NCBI GenBank assembly: GCA_015233405.1
Contig: JADFXT010000003.1
Coordinates: 118,591-182,590 of the forward strand
Source of the DNA: Candidatus Omnitrophota bacterium
GTDB taxonomy: Bacteria > Omnitrophota > Gorgyraeia > Zapsychrales > Zapsychraceae
Reading direction: 5' to 3'
DNA length: 64,000 nucleotides
Position numbers and translations under genes: made by a program
The notes under the pieces: generated by a model
What the model was told of the DNA's origin: nothing
Database searches by the model: none
Seen by the model: the letters and a program-made list of their open reading frames with translations, nothing else
Shown here: in pieces, positions 38,919 to 48,835 of the stretch
Position numbering within the stretch: position 1 is the first letter of the stretch
How the letters are laid out: every line of letters begins with the position of its first letter

Positions 38919-39854
38919 TTACTCCTTCTTTTTATTTAAAAACCACTGATACGTTTCTTTAATGCCTTCCTTTAGTTCCTTCTTGGCTTTCCAACCCAAA
39001 TGCGCGATGCGGCTATTATCCAACAATTTCCTCATCGCTCCATCGGGCTTAGAGGAATCAAAAACTAATTTTCCTTTAAATCCCGCCGCATTTGCAATCA
39101 GACTTGCCAAATCCTTAATCGACACATCCGACCCGCAGCCGATATTGATAACCGCTTCTTCATCATAATGCTCCATCAAAAATGAACACGCCTGGGCAAA
39201 ATCATCCTTAAACAAAAATTCTCGCCGGGGATTTCCAGTTCCCCAAATGACGACTTCGGGCTGATTATTCTTCATGGCGTTCGCGAATTTGCCAATCAAC
39301 GCACCCATCACATGCGCCGTCTCTAAATTCACATCGCTTCCGGGACCATAGACGGTTGGTGGAATAGCTACGATGGCATTTAATCCATATTGCCGATGGA
39401 ACATCTGGGCTAATTTTATACCGGCAAGCTTCGCTAGCGAATACGCTTCGCTGGTCTCTTCCATCTTTCCCGTGCCGATATATTCTTCTTTCATAGGTTG
39501 ATCACAAACCTTGGGATATACACACGAGCCTGCCAAATAAAGCAATTTCTTGACGCCAAACTTTTGTGCGGCGTAAATGATATTGTTTTGGCTCTCGAGG
39601 TTGTGATACATAAATTCCGCACCCATCTTCTGGTTGGCTTCGATCCCGCCGGAGCGCGTGGAACCTAAGAAGACATAATCCGGCCGCTCAGAGGCGAAAA
39701 AGCCATAAACAGAAGCCTGAATGGTTGTATTGATTCCTATTTTCGACGACGAAATGATATGGGTATAACCGCTGGCCTCGAAATACTCCACCAGCGAGTT
39801 TTCGATGATATCATTATGCCCGACGACAAATATTTTGGAATTTTTATCCATCAC
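38919..39854 (-). CDS. GDP-L-fucose synthase / ColC-like SDR with atypical N-terminal nucleotide-binding motif
   Basis: Collinear with Fcl (GSCVYP, YSLAKLAGIK, WGTGNPRREFL, FDSSKPDG, YQWFL). The GxxGxxG position reads GHNDIIE. Confidence 0.75.
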   Translation of the reverse strand: MMDKNSKIFVVGHNDIIENSLVEYFEASGYTHIISSSKIGINTTIQASVYGFFASERPDYVFLGSTRSGGIEANQKMGAEFMYHNLESQNNIIYAAQKFGVKKLLYLAGSCVYPKVCDQPMKEEYIGTGKMEETSEAYSLAKLAGIKLAQMFHRQYGLNAIVAIPPTVYGPGSDVNLETAHVMGALIGKFANAMKNNQPEVVIWGTGNPRREFLFKDDFAQACSFLMEHYDEEAVINIGCGSDVSIKDLASLIANAAGFKGKLVFDSSKPDGAMRKLLDNSRIAHLGWKAKKELKEGIKETYQWFLNKKKE

Positions 39855-39862
39855 ACACCCAC

Positions 39863-39962
39863 TGTCATTCCCGAAATTTTTTACCTGCCGGCCGGCAGTG
39901 CAGGTCGGGAATCCATACTTTCAACCCTTGTGGTTCCCCGACTAAAGCATTCGGGGATGACA
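39863..39962. repeat. Composite palindromic element, family 1, copy C (variant)
   Basis: TGTCATTCCCGA...TCGGGAATCCA ... TGGTTCCCCGACTAAAGCATTCGGGGATGACA. The left hairpin loop carries a CTGCCGGCCGGCAG palindrome. Confidence 0.75.
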
Positions 39963-39965
39963 ACT

Positions 39966-41006
39966 CTATTTTATAACCTTCTTAACCGCTTCGACGATGT
40001 CTTTGACTCCCGGATAGAATGCATCCTCGAGCGTATACCCGCTCGGCGTTGGAATATCAGGAAACGCGACCCGAACCGGCGGCTTCTTTAAGTATGAAAA
40101 TCCTTTTTCCGCGACGATCGCAAGCACCTCGGCTGAGAATCCGCCGGTCTTCCAACTCAAATCCGCCATGACCAGCTTGCCGGTTTTCTTGACCGAATTT
40201 AAAATCATTTCTTCATCCAGGGGTTTGAGTGTGCGCGGGTCAATCACCTCGACGTCAACACCTTCTTTTGCTAACTCATCCGCTGCTCGCAAACTTTCCG
40301 GCACCATGTGTGAGACCGCGACGATCGTCACATCTTTTCCTTCCCGACGGATAACGCCCTGCCCAAAAGGAATGGCATAAATTTTTTCCGGCACATAGCC
40401 TTGGTGTTTATAGAGCCAGCGCTGTTCGATAAAAATAACCGGATTATTGTCCGCGATGGCCGTGATCAAAAGTCCTTTAGCATCATACGCCGTCGTCGGC
40501 ATCACAACTTTCAATCCCGGAATATGTACAAATAACGACTGAAGTGCCTGAGAATGCTGCGCCGCCGAGCCCCAGCCTCGTCCGATGCAGGTGCGAATGA
40601 CCAAAGGAATCGGGACCTGGCCGTTAAACATATAGCTCCACTTGGAGGCGTGATTAACGATCTGGTCCATGGCCAAAAGAAGAAAATCCGGACGGTTGTG
40701 AATATAAACGGGGCGCATGCCAGCCATGGCCGAGCCCACGGCAATACCCATTAACCCATTCTCGGAAAGGGGCGTGTCAAAAACACGCTTGATGCCATGT
40801 TTTTTATAAAGCCCGTCGGTAGAACCAAACATTCCAGCCGGGTCGTTGATGCCTTGTCCCATCACATAAACGCGCGGGTCATTGGCCAAAGCCTGGTCCA
40901 AGGCTTCACGCAAAGCGTCGCCATAGGAAAGTTTACGCACATCTTTCCCCTTGTCCGCATCAAAATGCGGCTCTTGGCGTTCCATATGTAATTTTGTCCA
41001 GGGCAT
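39966..41006 (-). CDS. TPP-dependent 2-oxoacid dehydrogenase E1 component, beta-subunit-like
   Basis: Transketolase pyrimidine-binding and C-terminal domains (RVFDTPLSENGLMGIAVGSAMAGMRP...). Confidence 0.85.
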   Translation of the reverse strand: MPWTKLHMERQEPHFDADKGKDVRKLSYGDALREALDQALANDPRVYVMGQGINDPAGMFGSTDGLYKKHGIKRVFDTPLSENGLMGIAVGSAMAGMRPVYIHNRPDFLLLAMDQIVNHASKWSYMFNGQVPIPLVIRTCIGRGWGSAAQHSQALQSLFVHIPGLKVVMPTTAYDAKGLLITAIADNNPVIFIEQRWLYKHQGYVPEKIYAIPFGQGVIRREGKDVTIVAVSHMVPESLRAADELAKEGVDVEVIDPRTLKPLDEEMILNSVKKTGKLVMADLSWKTGGFSAEVLAIVAEKGFSYLKKPPVRVAFPDIPTPSGYTLEDAFYPGVKDIVEAVKKVIK

Positions 41007-41018
41007 TTAATGAGTCCT

Positions 41019-41095
41019 TAATTTATGGAGCGAAGCGAACATAAATTAGACGGACGAATTAATCCCGCGTTTCCTTGCGAAGCAAGGTTGCGGGA
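41019..41095. repeat. Two intergenic hairpins between the E1 alpha and beta genes
   Basis: First hairpin: TAATTTATG-N12-CATAAATTA (41019-41048). Second, nested hairpin: TCCCGC..CCTTGC-GAA-GCAAGG..GCGGGA (41063-41095). Confidence 0.6.
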
Positions 41096-42070
41096 CTACT
41101 TCGCAAACAAATATTTTTCCAACTCTTCATTTTTCGGCAGCGGACTGTCTTGGCCGAACTTAAAGGCTTCTTCGACTTCCTCGTCGATCTTCTGATAAAT
41201 AGCGTCAAGCTTTTCTCTCGACGATATCTTTTGCTTAATTAGATATTTCTCCAAGCTCGCTAATGGATCGCGCATCGTTTTTTCATCCAGGATATCTTCC
41301 GGATTACGGTAAAGCTTGGCCTGCGGATCACCGGCTCCCGCATGCGCTCGCCAACGCTGGACATTAAACTCCAAAAAATACGGGCCTTTGCCTCGACGGG
41401 CGTGGGTAACAGCAGCCTCCGCCGCTGCATAGACTTTAAAAATATCCATCCCGTCCACGGTCTTAGCAGGAATATCAAACCCTAAAGCGCGGGTGGCTAT
41501 CGGCATCTCGGCCTGACGGACTTGTATCGGCGAGCAGACAGAATATTTATTGTTCTCACAAACAAAAATAACAGGAAGATTATGGAGTTTCGCCCAGTTC
41601 ATGCTCTCCTGCAAAACACCCTCTTCCGAGGCCGCATCGCCGAAAAAGCTGACCGCCACATTCTTTTTCTTTTGCATGACAAACGCCATGGCCGCTCCGA
41701 CCGCGTGGGGAATAGATCCTGCCACGATCGCCGACGAGCCATAATGCCCGACGGACGTGTCGATCAAATGCATGGAGCCGCCCCGGCCTTTCGCGCAGCC
41801 GGTTTCCTTACAGAACAATTCCGCAAAAAGCGCCTTTAAGTCCCCGCCTTTGGCCAAATAATGCCCGTGCCCGCGGTGGTTACTAAAGATCATATCGCTT
41901 GTTTTAAGATGTGCAGAGACCCCGACGGACACAGCTTCTTCGCCTAAGCATAAATGGACCGGCGTTTTCATCTGGTCTTCATGATAATGCTTTTCGATCT
42001 TTAGCTGGGTCTTACGGATACGCGCCAAAGATATCAATAACTTAAATAATTTTTCTTTAGATAAACGCAT
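41096..42070 (-). CDS. TPP-dependent 2-oxoacid dehydrogenase E1 component, alpha-subunit-like
   Basis: TPP-binding motif FFGDAASEEGVLQESMNWAKLHNLPVIFVCENNKYS, 324 aa. Confidence 0.85.
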   Translation of the reverse strand: MRLSKEKLFKLLISLARIRKTQLKIEKHYHEDQMKTPVHLCLGEEAVSVGVSAHLKTSDMIFSNHRGHGHYLAKGGDLKALFAELFCKETGCAKGRGGSMHLIDTSVGHYGSSAIVAGSIPHAVGAAMAFVMQKKKNVAVSFFGDAASEEGVLQESMNWAKLHNLPVIFVCENNKYSVCSPIQVRQAEMPIATRALGFDIPAKTVDGMDIFKVYAAAEAAVTHARRGKGPYFLEFNVQRWRAHAGAGDPQAKLYRNPEDILDEKTMRDPLASLEKYLIKQKISSREKLDAIYQKIDEEVEEAFKFGQDSPLPKNEELEKYLFAK

Positions 42071-42089
42071 AAAAATGACTGTGTGTTAT

Positions 42090-43034
42090 TTAAGAATGAT
42101 GGACTTTAAACCATTGCACGGTCTTTGTTAATCCCTCGGCAAGGGGAACTTGCGGTGTCCACTTAAGATATTGTTTCGCTAAGGAGATGTCAGGCTTGCG
42201 CTGTTTGGGGTCGTCCGTCGGTAAAGGCTCAAAAATAATCTTACTTTTAGAGTTGGCTTCTTTAATAACCAATTTAGCGAATTCCAAAATCGTAAATTCA
42301 TCCGGATTACCGATATTAACGGGGCCGGAGATCGAGGAATAAAGGAGCCTGACAATACCATCGATCAAATCCGAATAATAACAAAATGACCTGGTTTGTT
42401 TCCCGTCGCCATAAACCGTAATATTTTTTCCATGAAGCGCTTGATAAATAAAATTTGGAACCACACGGCCGTCGTTAATACGCATCCGCGGCCCGTAAGT
42501 ATTAAAAATACGGACAATCTTGGTATCCATTTTATGAAAACGCCGATAAGCGAACACAATGGCCTCGGCAAACCGCTTGGCCTCGTCATAAACACCGCGC
42601 GGGCCGATGGGATTGACATGCCCCCAATAGGTTTCTTTCTGCGGATGTTCCAACGGGTCCCCATAAACTTCTGACGTCGACGCTAAAAGATACCTGGCCT
42701 TCTTAAGCTTGGCCAACCCTAAAGTATTGTGCGAGCCCAACGACCCGACTTTTAATGTTGGAATAGGATGCTTCAAATAATCCACCGGGCTTGCCGGCGA
42801 GGCAAAATGAAGCACATAATCGACCGGCCCTGCGATGCGGAACTCTTTCGAGACATCGTGCTTGATAAACTCAAAATTCTTTTCTTTTTTCAAATGCTTG
42901 ATATTATTCAGATTTCCGGTGATAAGGTTATCGACGGCAATGACCTTAACCCCATCACTTAAAAGCCGGTCGCTCAAATGGCTTCCCAAGAAACCAGACC
43001 CGCCGGTGATGACTGCAACTTTCTTTCTGGACAT
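42090..43034 (-). CDS. UDP-glucuronate decarboxylase (UDP-xylose synthase-like SDR)
   Basis: [18 protein letters not shown], 314 aa, collinear with UXS. Confidence 0.85.
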   Translation of the reverse strand: MSRKKVAVITGGSGFLGSHLSDRLLSDGVKVIAVDNLITGNLNNIKHLKKEKNFEFIKHDVSKEFRIAGPVDYVLHFASPASPVDYLKHPIPTLKVGSLGSHNTLGLAKLKKARYLLASTSEVYGDPLEHPQKETYWGHVNPIGPRGVYDEAKRFAEAIVFAYRRFHKMDTKIVRIFNTYGPRMRINDGRVVPNFIYQALHGKNITVYGDGKQTRSFCYYSDLIDGIVRLLYSSISGPVNIGNPDEFTILEFAKLVIKEANSKSKIIFEPLPTDDPKQRKPDISLAKQYLKWTPQVPLAEGLTKTVQWFKVHHS

Positions 43035-43051
43035 ACAAACTCCTTCTATTC

Positions 43052-44353
43052 TTAAAATCGAATAACTTTTTTGTTCTGATTTTTTCCGTAAACATTACGG
43101 ATATCAAAAATACACTGGGCATGTTTTAGAATAAGATCATAATCCACCGCCGTATGGTCAACGGCGATAAGAACGGCATCATATCCACAGACCGCCTTCG
43201 GTCCAAGCACAACAGATTCCTGATTGATCTTGCCGATCTTTAGATATGGGATCACCGGGTCAAAATAATCCACAGCGCATCCGTGAGCCTTAAGATGCTC
43301 GATGAGTTTTAACGACGGCGATTTCCGGAGGTCCTTGACGTCTTTTTTATACGTCACACCCACAACAAGCACCCGGGCTTTCGACAAAGTTTTCTTCTGA
43401 AATGTTAAGATTTGCCCCAGGCGTTCGACCGCATACATCGGCATCGCAGCATTAATGTCCGCCGACAATTTGATAAATTTTGAGTTAAACCCATACCGTT
43501 TGGCTTTCCAATATAAATAAAGCGGGTCTTCGGGGATACAATGCCCGCCGACGCCTAAGCCCGGATAAAACGGCATGAACCCGAACGGTTTGGTTTTCGC
43601 TGCCTCAATGACCTCCCAGATATCAATGCCCATCTTATGGCACATCATGGCCACTTCATTGATCCAGCCAATATTGACGATACGAAAAGAATTCTCCAAG
43701 AGCTTCGTCATTTCCGCGGCCTTGGCCGTCGAGACAAGATGAACGTCTTTAATGATCTTTTCATAAAGAGACTTAGTCAGCTGCCCGCTCTTAAGACTTA
43801 GTCCGCCGACGACCTTAGGGATCAACGTCACGTCATATTTCTTATTGCCGGGATCAATTCTCTCCGGAGAAAACGCCAGAAAGAAATCTTTCTCCGCCTT
43901 TAGCCCTCTTTTTTCCAGCTCGGGACGAATGAGCTCCTCGGTCGTGCCCGGATAGGTCGTACTTTCCAAGACGACCAAAGTATTTTTCTTAAGATGCTGG
44001 GACACGGCTTTAACGGCACTGAGAATAAAAGAAATATCGGGTGTATATTTCCGCTTTAATGGCGTTGGCACGCAGATGATAATGACATCCGCATCTTTAA
44101 TGACGGAAAAATCCGTCTGGGCCCTTAAAAAACCTTTTTTAACAACGCCCGCCAACTCTGACGTAGGGATATCGAGAATATAGCTTTTCTTCTGATTTAC
44201 CTGATTGACACGATCGACGTCATTATCAAGCCCAACGACCGTAAATCCTCTTTTCGCAAAACTAACGGCCAAAGGTAGTCCAACATACCCAAGCCCCACG
44301 ACGGCGATCTTGGCTTTATGCAAAGAAATTTTCTTTTCTAGAATGGTTGACAT
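43052..44353 (-). CDS. Nucleotide-sugar 6-dehydrogenase (UDP-GlcNAc/ManNAc dehydrogenase, WbpA/TviB/WecC-like)
   Basis: [12 protein letters not shown], catalytic GGHCIPEDP, 433 aa. Confidence 0.8.
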   Translation of the reverse strand: MSTILEKKISLHKAKIAVVGLGYVGLPLAVSFAKRGFTVVGLDNDVDRVNQVNQKKSYILDIPTSELAGVVKKGFLRAQTDFSVIKDADVIIICVPTPLKRKYTPDISFILSAVKAVSQHLKKNTLVVLESTTYPGTTEELIRPELEKRGLKAEKDFFLAFSPERIDPGNKKYDVTLIPKVVGGLSLKSGQLTKSLYEKIIKDVHLVSTAKAAEMTKLLENSFRIVNIGWINEVAMMCHKMGIDIWEVIEAAKTKPFGFMPFYPGLGVGGHCIPEDPLYLYWKAKRYGFNSKFIKLSADINAAMPMYAVERLGQILTFQKKTLSKARVLVVGVTYKKDVKDLRKSPSLKLIEHLKAHGCAVDYFDPVIPYLKIGKINQESVVLGPKAVCGYDAVLIAVDHTAVDYDLILKHAQCIFDIRNVYGKNQNKKVIRF

Positions 44354-44355
44354 CT

Positions 44356-45690
44356 CTAAGCTCTTTCTCTATTAAGCCCACGGCCGATGCCGTAATACTC
44401 AAAGCCCAAATCTTCCATTTTCTGATGGTCGTAAAAATTACGGCCGTCAAAGAGCATCGGATGGCGCATCAAACTTTTGATTTTGTGAAAATCCAAGTGT
44501 TTAAATTCTTCCCATTCCGTCAACAAAAGCAGACAATCACATCCCTTGGCAAGCACGTACGGGTCTTGACAAAAACTGACATGAGGGATAACTTTTTTGG
44601 CATTGTCAACAGCCTGCGGGTCATAGGCCTTCACTTTTGCGCCTTCATGCTGAAGAATCCGTATGATATCAGCCGACGGGGCGTTTCGCATATCGTCGGT
44701 GTTCGGTTTAAACGCAAGCCCTAAGACCCCGATGACCTTGTTCTTTACGATCCAAAGCTTGTCTTCCATTAATTTAATGAAATTTTGTTTTTGTTCTTCA
44801 TTAATACGCCGGACTTCCTCTAGAAGATGAAACTTATATCCGCTTTCTTCGCTAAGACGAATAAAGGCATCCACATCCTTCGGGAAACAACTTCCGCCAT
44901 AACCAATACCCGCGTCCAGGAAACTACGCCCGATGCGTTTATCCAGCCCCATGCCTTCTGCCACTTTTAAAACATCCGCGCCAACCTCGTCACAGATTCT
45001 AGATAGTGCATTAATAAATGATATCTTTGTTGCCAAAAAAGAATTCGACGCGTGCTTGATAAGCTCGGCGGAGTTAATGTTGGTCACAACCATCTTAGGA
45101 TTGAGTGGCGCGTAAATTTCCCTCAAAAGATTTTCCGCTTTCTTGGACTCAACGCCGATGACCACACGGTCCGGGTTCATAAAATCTTCCACAGCGGAAC
45201 CCTCTCGCAGGAATTCCGGATTAGAAGCGACATCGAAATCCAGGGTGATCTTTTTTCCTTGTTTATATTTTTTCGGAAGGTTAAGCCGGATGGTGCGCGC
45301 AACTTTCTGTCCGGTCTCTGCCGGAACGGTTGACTTCTCAACGATCAATTTGTAGGAGTCCATATTTGTAGCAATTTGGCGCGCGACATTTTCGACATAC
45401 GTCAAATCCGCATCCCCATTTTTCTTAGATGGCGTCCCGACGGCAATAAAAATTACGGTCGATTTTTGAACCCCTTCTTTGATAGAGGTCGTAAAAGAAA
45501 TCCGTTTGCTCTTTAAGTATTTTTTAAGAAGAGGCTCTAAGCCCGGCTCATAAATCGGCGTATGCCCCTGCCTCATTTTTTTAACTTTGTCCTGGTCCAT
45601 ATCAATACAAACAACCTCATGTCCGATATGGGCCAGACATACGCCAGTCACCAGCCCGACGTACCCTGAACCAATAATAGCAATTTTCAT
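44356..45690 (-). CDS. ugd: UDP-glucose 6-dehydrogenase
   Basis: IIGSGYVGLVTG, GGSCFPKD, 444 aa. The start overlaps the lptD stop by 1 nt (TAATG). Confidence 0.9.
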   Translation of the reverse strand: MKIAIIGSGYVGLVTGVCLAHIGHEVVCIDMDQDKVKKMRQGHTPIYEPGLEPLLKKYLKSKRISFTTSIKEGVQKSTVIFIAVGTPSKKNGDADLTYVENVARQIATNMDSYKLIVEKSTVPAETGQKVARTIRLNLPKKYKQGKKITLDFDVASNPEFLREGSAVEDFMNPDRVVIGVESKKAENLLREIYAPLNPKMVVTNINSAELIKHASNSFLATKISFINALSRICDEVGADVLKVAEGMGLDKRIGRSFLDAGIGYGGSCFPKDVDAFIRLSEESGYKFHLLEEVRRINEEQKQNFIKLMEDKLWIVKNKVIGVLGLAFKPNTDDMRNAPSADIIRILQHEGAKVKAYDPQAVDNAKKVIPHVSFCQDPYVLAKGCDCLLLLTEWEEFKHLDFHKIKSLMRHPMLFDGRNFYDHQKMEDLGFEYYGIGRGLNRERA

Positions 45691-47894
45691 TAGTAGATCT
45701 CCCCTGATGGCGTGCTTTGCGTGCCTGCTTTACGCCGGTTAAAACCAGAACCAATATCAAACCCGAGGTCAGGAAATGCTTTGAGTTGAAAAACGATCAT
45801 GACCTCGCTGCCTTCTCCCCGGCGTTCGCTGAACCTTAGATCCATTTTCCAGGAATGCAAATCACGGGAAATAATATATTCATGTTCTTTCATCGTGCCG
45901 GACGCGGCATCGACGCGTTCGAGAATGCTCACCGCCCATTTGGAATTGATCTTATACGCTAACTGTGTTGTGATCTGGTCATCCACCGCTCGATTAAATC
46001 TTTTTCCGATATCAAAGGACCATTTGTCTTTATCATGAATGGCGACATCCACATTCGCGGTCGTCAAATATTCTTCCTGCGTATCATATGTGGAGTCTGA
46101 ATAAAGGGTCAACCAATCTGTCGGGTTAAAATCCATTTCAGAATTAATGATGCTAAAGCCTCCCTTGCCGGGATCTTCCTTCAGAAGAAAATCTATATCC
46201 GAACGGACTCGAAAGATGTCTCGGGTGGTCTTCCCTTGTTTAACTTGAATCTTATTTTCCAAAGCAAAATTAATTTTATGGCTTCTGGCCCGGCTGTCAA
46301 TATCATCAAAGATATCGAGTGTGGAGGATGGCACCGTCGGATCCGGCGCAAAAACATACCCAACGCTTGGAGTAATAATATGCCGCATTCGGTCGACCGG
46401 AATTCCCAGAAAATTATTCCCATCCAAGACCTTAAAGATTTTCGTACTGATACTTGCCCCGGTCTGAAAATAATTCCGAAGAATGCTATACCGGTCAGGG
46501 CCCTGGGTTTTGCTGTAATAGGTCTGTTCCGTCGATACAAACGGCCGAAATTCCAAAAACGCCACCTTCATCGGGTAAGACAACTCCTGGTTCACATCAA
46601 AACGCTTGGTTTCTCTCCGGATTTCCGTCGGAGAAGAATCCTTGATAGACAAATTCGATGCGGTCGTTGTATTTTTAAAATAAAAGCCCGTGTCGCCTAG
46701 TTTCTGATTGGCCAAGTCATAACGAATTTCCGGCAGGCGTTCGACAACGCCGCTGACAAACCGGTTGACGCGGTCATCAATACGGAAACTTAACGTGCTG
46801 TTGGTGAATCGCCGCGTGACCAGAGCATACGACGGCGGATTGGAATCTTTCTCGTACTCTTTCTTAAAATAATCTTTTAACAAATTTGCATCGCTAATTT
46901 TATAATATTGCCAGATCGCGTCGGTCTTATTATCAATCGCCCATTGATGCCGCCACTGGATCTTAAACCGTTCCCGATAGATGGGTTTAGGAATTTGCTT
47001 CTGATAAAAATGATGAAATGCGTTACGCTCATCCATGTAATAAGTTTTGATAAGGCCATTACCCCAAGACGGCGTCTTATAGTTAAAATCAACACCCCAT
47101 GCCAGCCCCTTTTTCTCTCGGAGATCCAAGTGAAGAGTGGTCGTGAGATTATCATTAAAAGCATACCGGTATTGCGTCAGTAAGAACGCCCCCCAGGTTT
47201 TATAATATCCAGGAGTAAAAGTAAAAGCGGATTTCTTTTGATTAAGGCTTTGCACAAATTTAGGGAAATACATGACCGGCACATGCCCCATCAAGACCTG
47301 GACATCCCGGGCGATGAGCTTATCTTTTGGATAGATCTCGACCTTAGGGGATTTCATGCAATATCCCGGCTTATCATAATCGGACGTCGTAAAAGATCCG
47401 TTCTCCACTAAAATCTTATTGTCCCCGACCTTGGAAATCTTTTCCCCTTTCCCATAGTAAGGATAGGCCTTGAAATTCCCGTTATAAAAATCACCGGTCA
47501 TTGTTTCAAAATTAAAATCCAATTTGTCCCCAGAAAGATCGCCTTGTTCAGAGACGAGCCGGACATGGCCTGTGGCGTGGGCAATTTTTGTATCGCGATA
47601 AAATTCCAGGTCATCGCAAGTTAACGTCGCCCCTTTATAAATGATCACGACATTGCCTTTGGCATTCACTTTATTATTGTCGGTCGCAGAATACTCGACG
47701 GTATCAGCATTCAATTCTACCGTTTGAGGGCCTTCTACTTTCTTAAAAGAAGCTTTCGGAATAGCGGGCGATTTTGTGTTTGCGGGAGTCTCTTCGGAAA
47801 AAGAAAGCGTGAGAAATCCCCTCGAGACCGGGAAGATCAAAAGAAGAATAAAAATAAGAAGGATAAAATTTTTGTGTTTGCTTAACAACGTCAA
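45690..47894 (-). CDS. lptD: LPS-assembly outer-membrane protein LptD
   Basis: Signal/anchor, OstA-like N-terminal domain (ADTVEY..., ATGHVRL) and a large C-terminal beta-barrel, 734 aa. Confidence 0.8.
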   Translation of the reverse strand: MTLLSKHKNFILLIFILLLIFPVSRGFLTLSFSEETPANTKSPAIPKASFKKVEGPQTVELNADTVEYSATDNNKVNAKGNVVIIYKGATLTCDDLEFYRDTKIAHATGHVRLVSEQGDLSGDKLDFNFETMTGDFYNGNFKAYPYYGKGEKISKVGDNKILVENGSFTTSDYDKPGYCMKSPKVEIYPKDKLIARDVQVLMGHVPVMYFPKFVQSLNQKKSAFTFTPGYYKTWGAFLLTQYRYAFNDNLTTTLHLDLREKKGLAWGVDFNYKTPSWGNGLIKTYYMDERNAFHHFYQKQIPKPIYRERFKIQWRHQWAIDNKTDAIWQYYKISDANLLKDYFKKEYEKDSNPPSYALVTRRFTNSTLSFRIDDRVNRFVSGVVERLPEIRYDLANQKLGDTGFYFKNTTTASNLSIKDSSPTEIRRETKRFDVNQELSYPMKVAFLEFRPFVSTEQTYYSKTQGPDRYSILRNYFQTGASISTKIFKVLDGNNFLGIPVDRMRHIITPSVGYVFAPDPTVPSSTLDIFDDIDSRARSHKINFALENKIQVKQGKTTRDIFRVRSDIDFLLKEDPGKGGFSIINSEMDFNPTDWLTLYSDSTYDTQEEYLTTANVDVAIHDKDKWSFDIGKRFNRAVDDQITTQLAYKINSKWAVSILERVDAASGTMKEHEYIISRDLHSWKMDLRFSERRGEGSEVMIVFQLKAFPDLGFDIGSGFNRRKAGTQSTPSGEIY

Positions 47895-47900
47895 GGTTCC

Positions 47901-48824
47901 TTAGAATTTTTCTTTGACGAGAACAAAAGCTCCGATTAAAGCCGCGTCATTGCCGAGCTTGGCCCGCACGACTTTAACCATATCCGCCTGCGTTTTCATG
48001 GATCGCTTTTTAATAACGTCTGCGATCGTTTTTCCTAAAAATTGATAACTATTGGAAACGCCTCCCCCGATAATGATCAGCCGCGGATTCAGAAGATTGA
48101 CCACTCCGACTAAAGCGTTGCCGATATGCGCTGCGGCTTCTTCCCAAAATTGAATGGCACGGCTGTTATCCTTCTTGGCTAAATCAAAAACATCTTCAAG
48201 GGCAATGGCCTTATTCTTAAAAATTTTAGCAGCTTTTTCCTGGAGGGTCTGGTTGCCGACATATCGCTCAAAACATCCCTCTCCGCCGCAATTGCACACC
48301 GGCCCTTTTTCATTAAGCGGCATGTGCCCGATTTCTCCGGCGGCAAATCCTTCGCCTCGGTATAAAGTATTATCCAAAATCATTCCTCCGCCGACACCGG
48401 TCCCCAGCGTGATACAAATAAGATTTTGATATCCCTTGCCCGCCCCATATTTCCATTCACCCAACGCCATGACATTCACATCGTTATCGATAAACACCGG
48501 CAACTTTGTTGCGTTTTGCATGATGTTTCTTAAAGGAACATTGCGCCAGCCCGGAACATTCGGAAGGAATAAAACTATGCCGTTCTTAGGATCAATCAGC
48601 CCCGGCAAGCCCATGCCGATGCCTAAAATATTGTTCTTGGTTAATCGGTTTTCTTCAATGAGCTTATCAATACTTTGAACAATGGTCCGGATAAGTTTCT
48701 GTTTATTACTGGCAAAATTCTTTGTGGCAAGATTCGCTCTCGAAACGATCTTTCCGCTGGTGTTCACCAGGCCTAATTTAATATTGGTTCCGCCGAAATC
48801 GACGCTAATAACGAATTTTTTCAT
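47901..48824 (-). CDS. ROK-family sugar kinase (glucokinase-like)
   Basis: DFGGTNIK ATP motif and ROK Zn motif GHMPL...CNCGGEGCFE. Confidence 0.85.
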   Translation of the reverse strand: MKKFVISVDFGGTNIKLGLVNTSGKIVSRANLATKNFASNKQKLIRTIVQSIDKLIEENRLTKNNILGIGMGLPGLIDPKNGIVLFLPNVPGWRNVPLRNIMQNATKLPVFIDNDVNVMALGEWKYGAGKGYQNLICITLGTGVGGGMILDNTLYRGEGFAAGEIGHMPLNEKGPVCNCGGEGCFERYVGNQTLQEKAAKIFKNKAIALEDVFDLAKKDNSRAIQFWEEAAAHIGNALVGVVNLLNPRLIIIGGGVSNSYQFLGKTIADVIKKRSMKTQADMVKVVRAKLGNDAALIGAFVLVKEKF

Positions 48825-48835
48825 ATTATCCCAAT

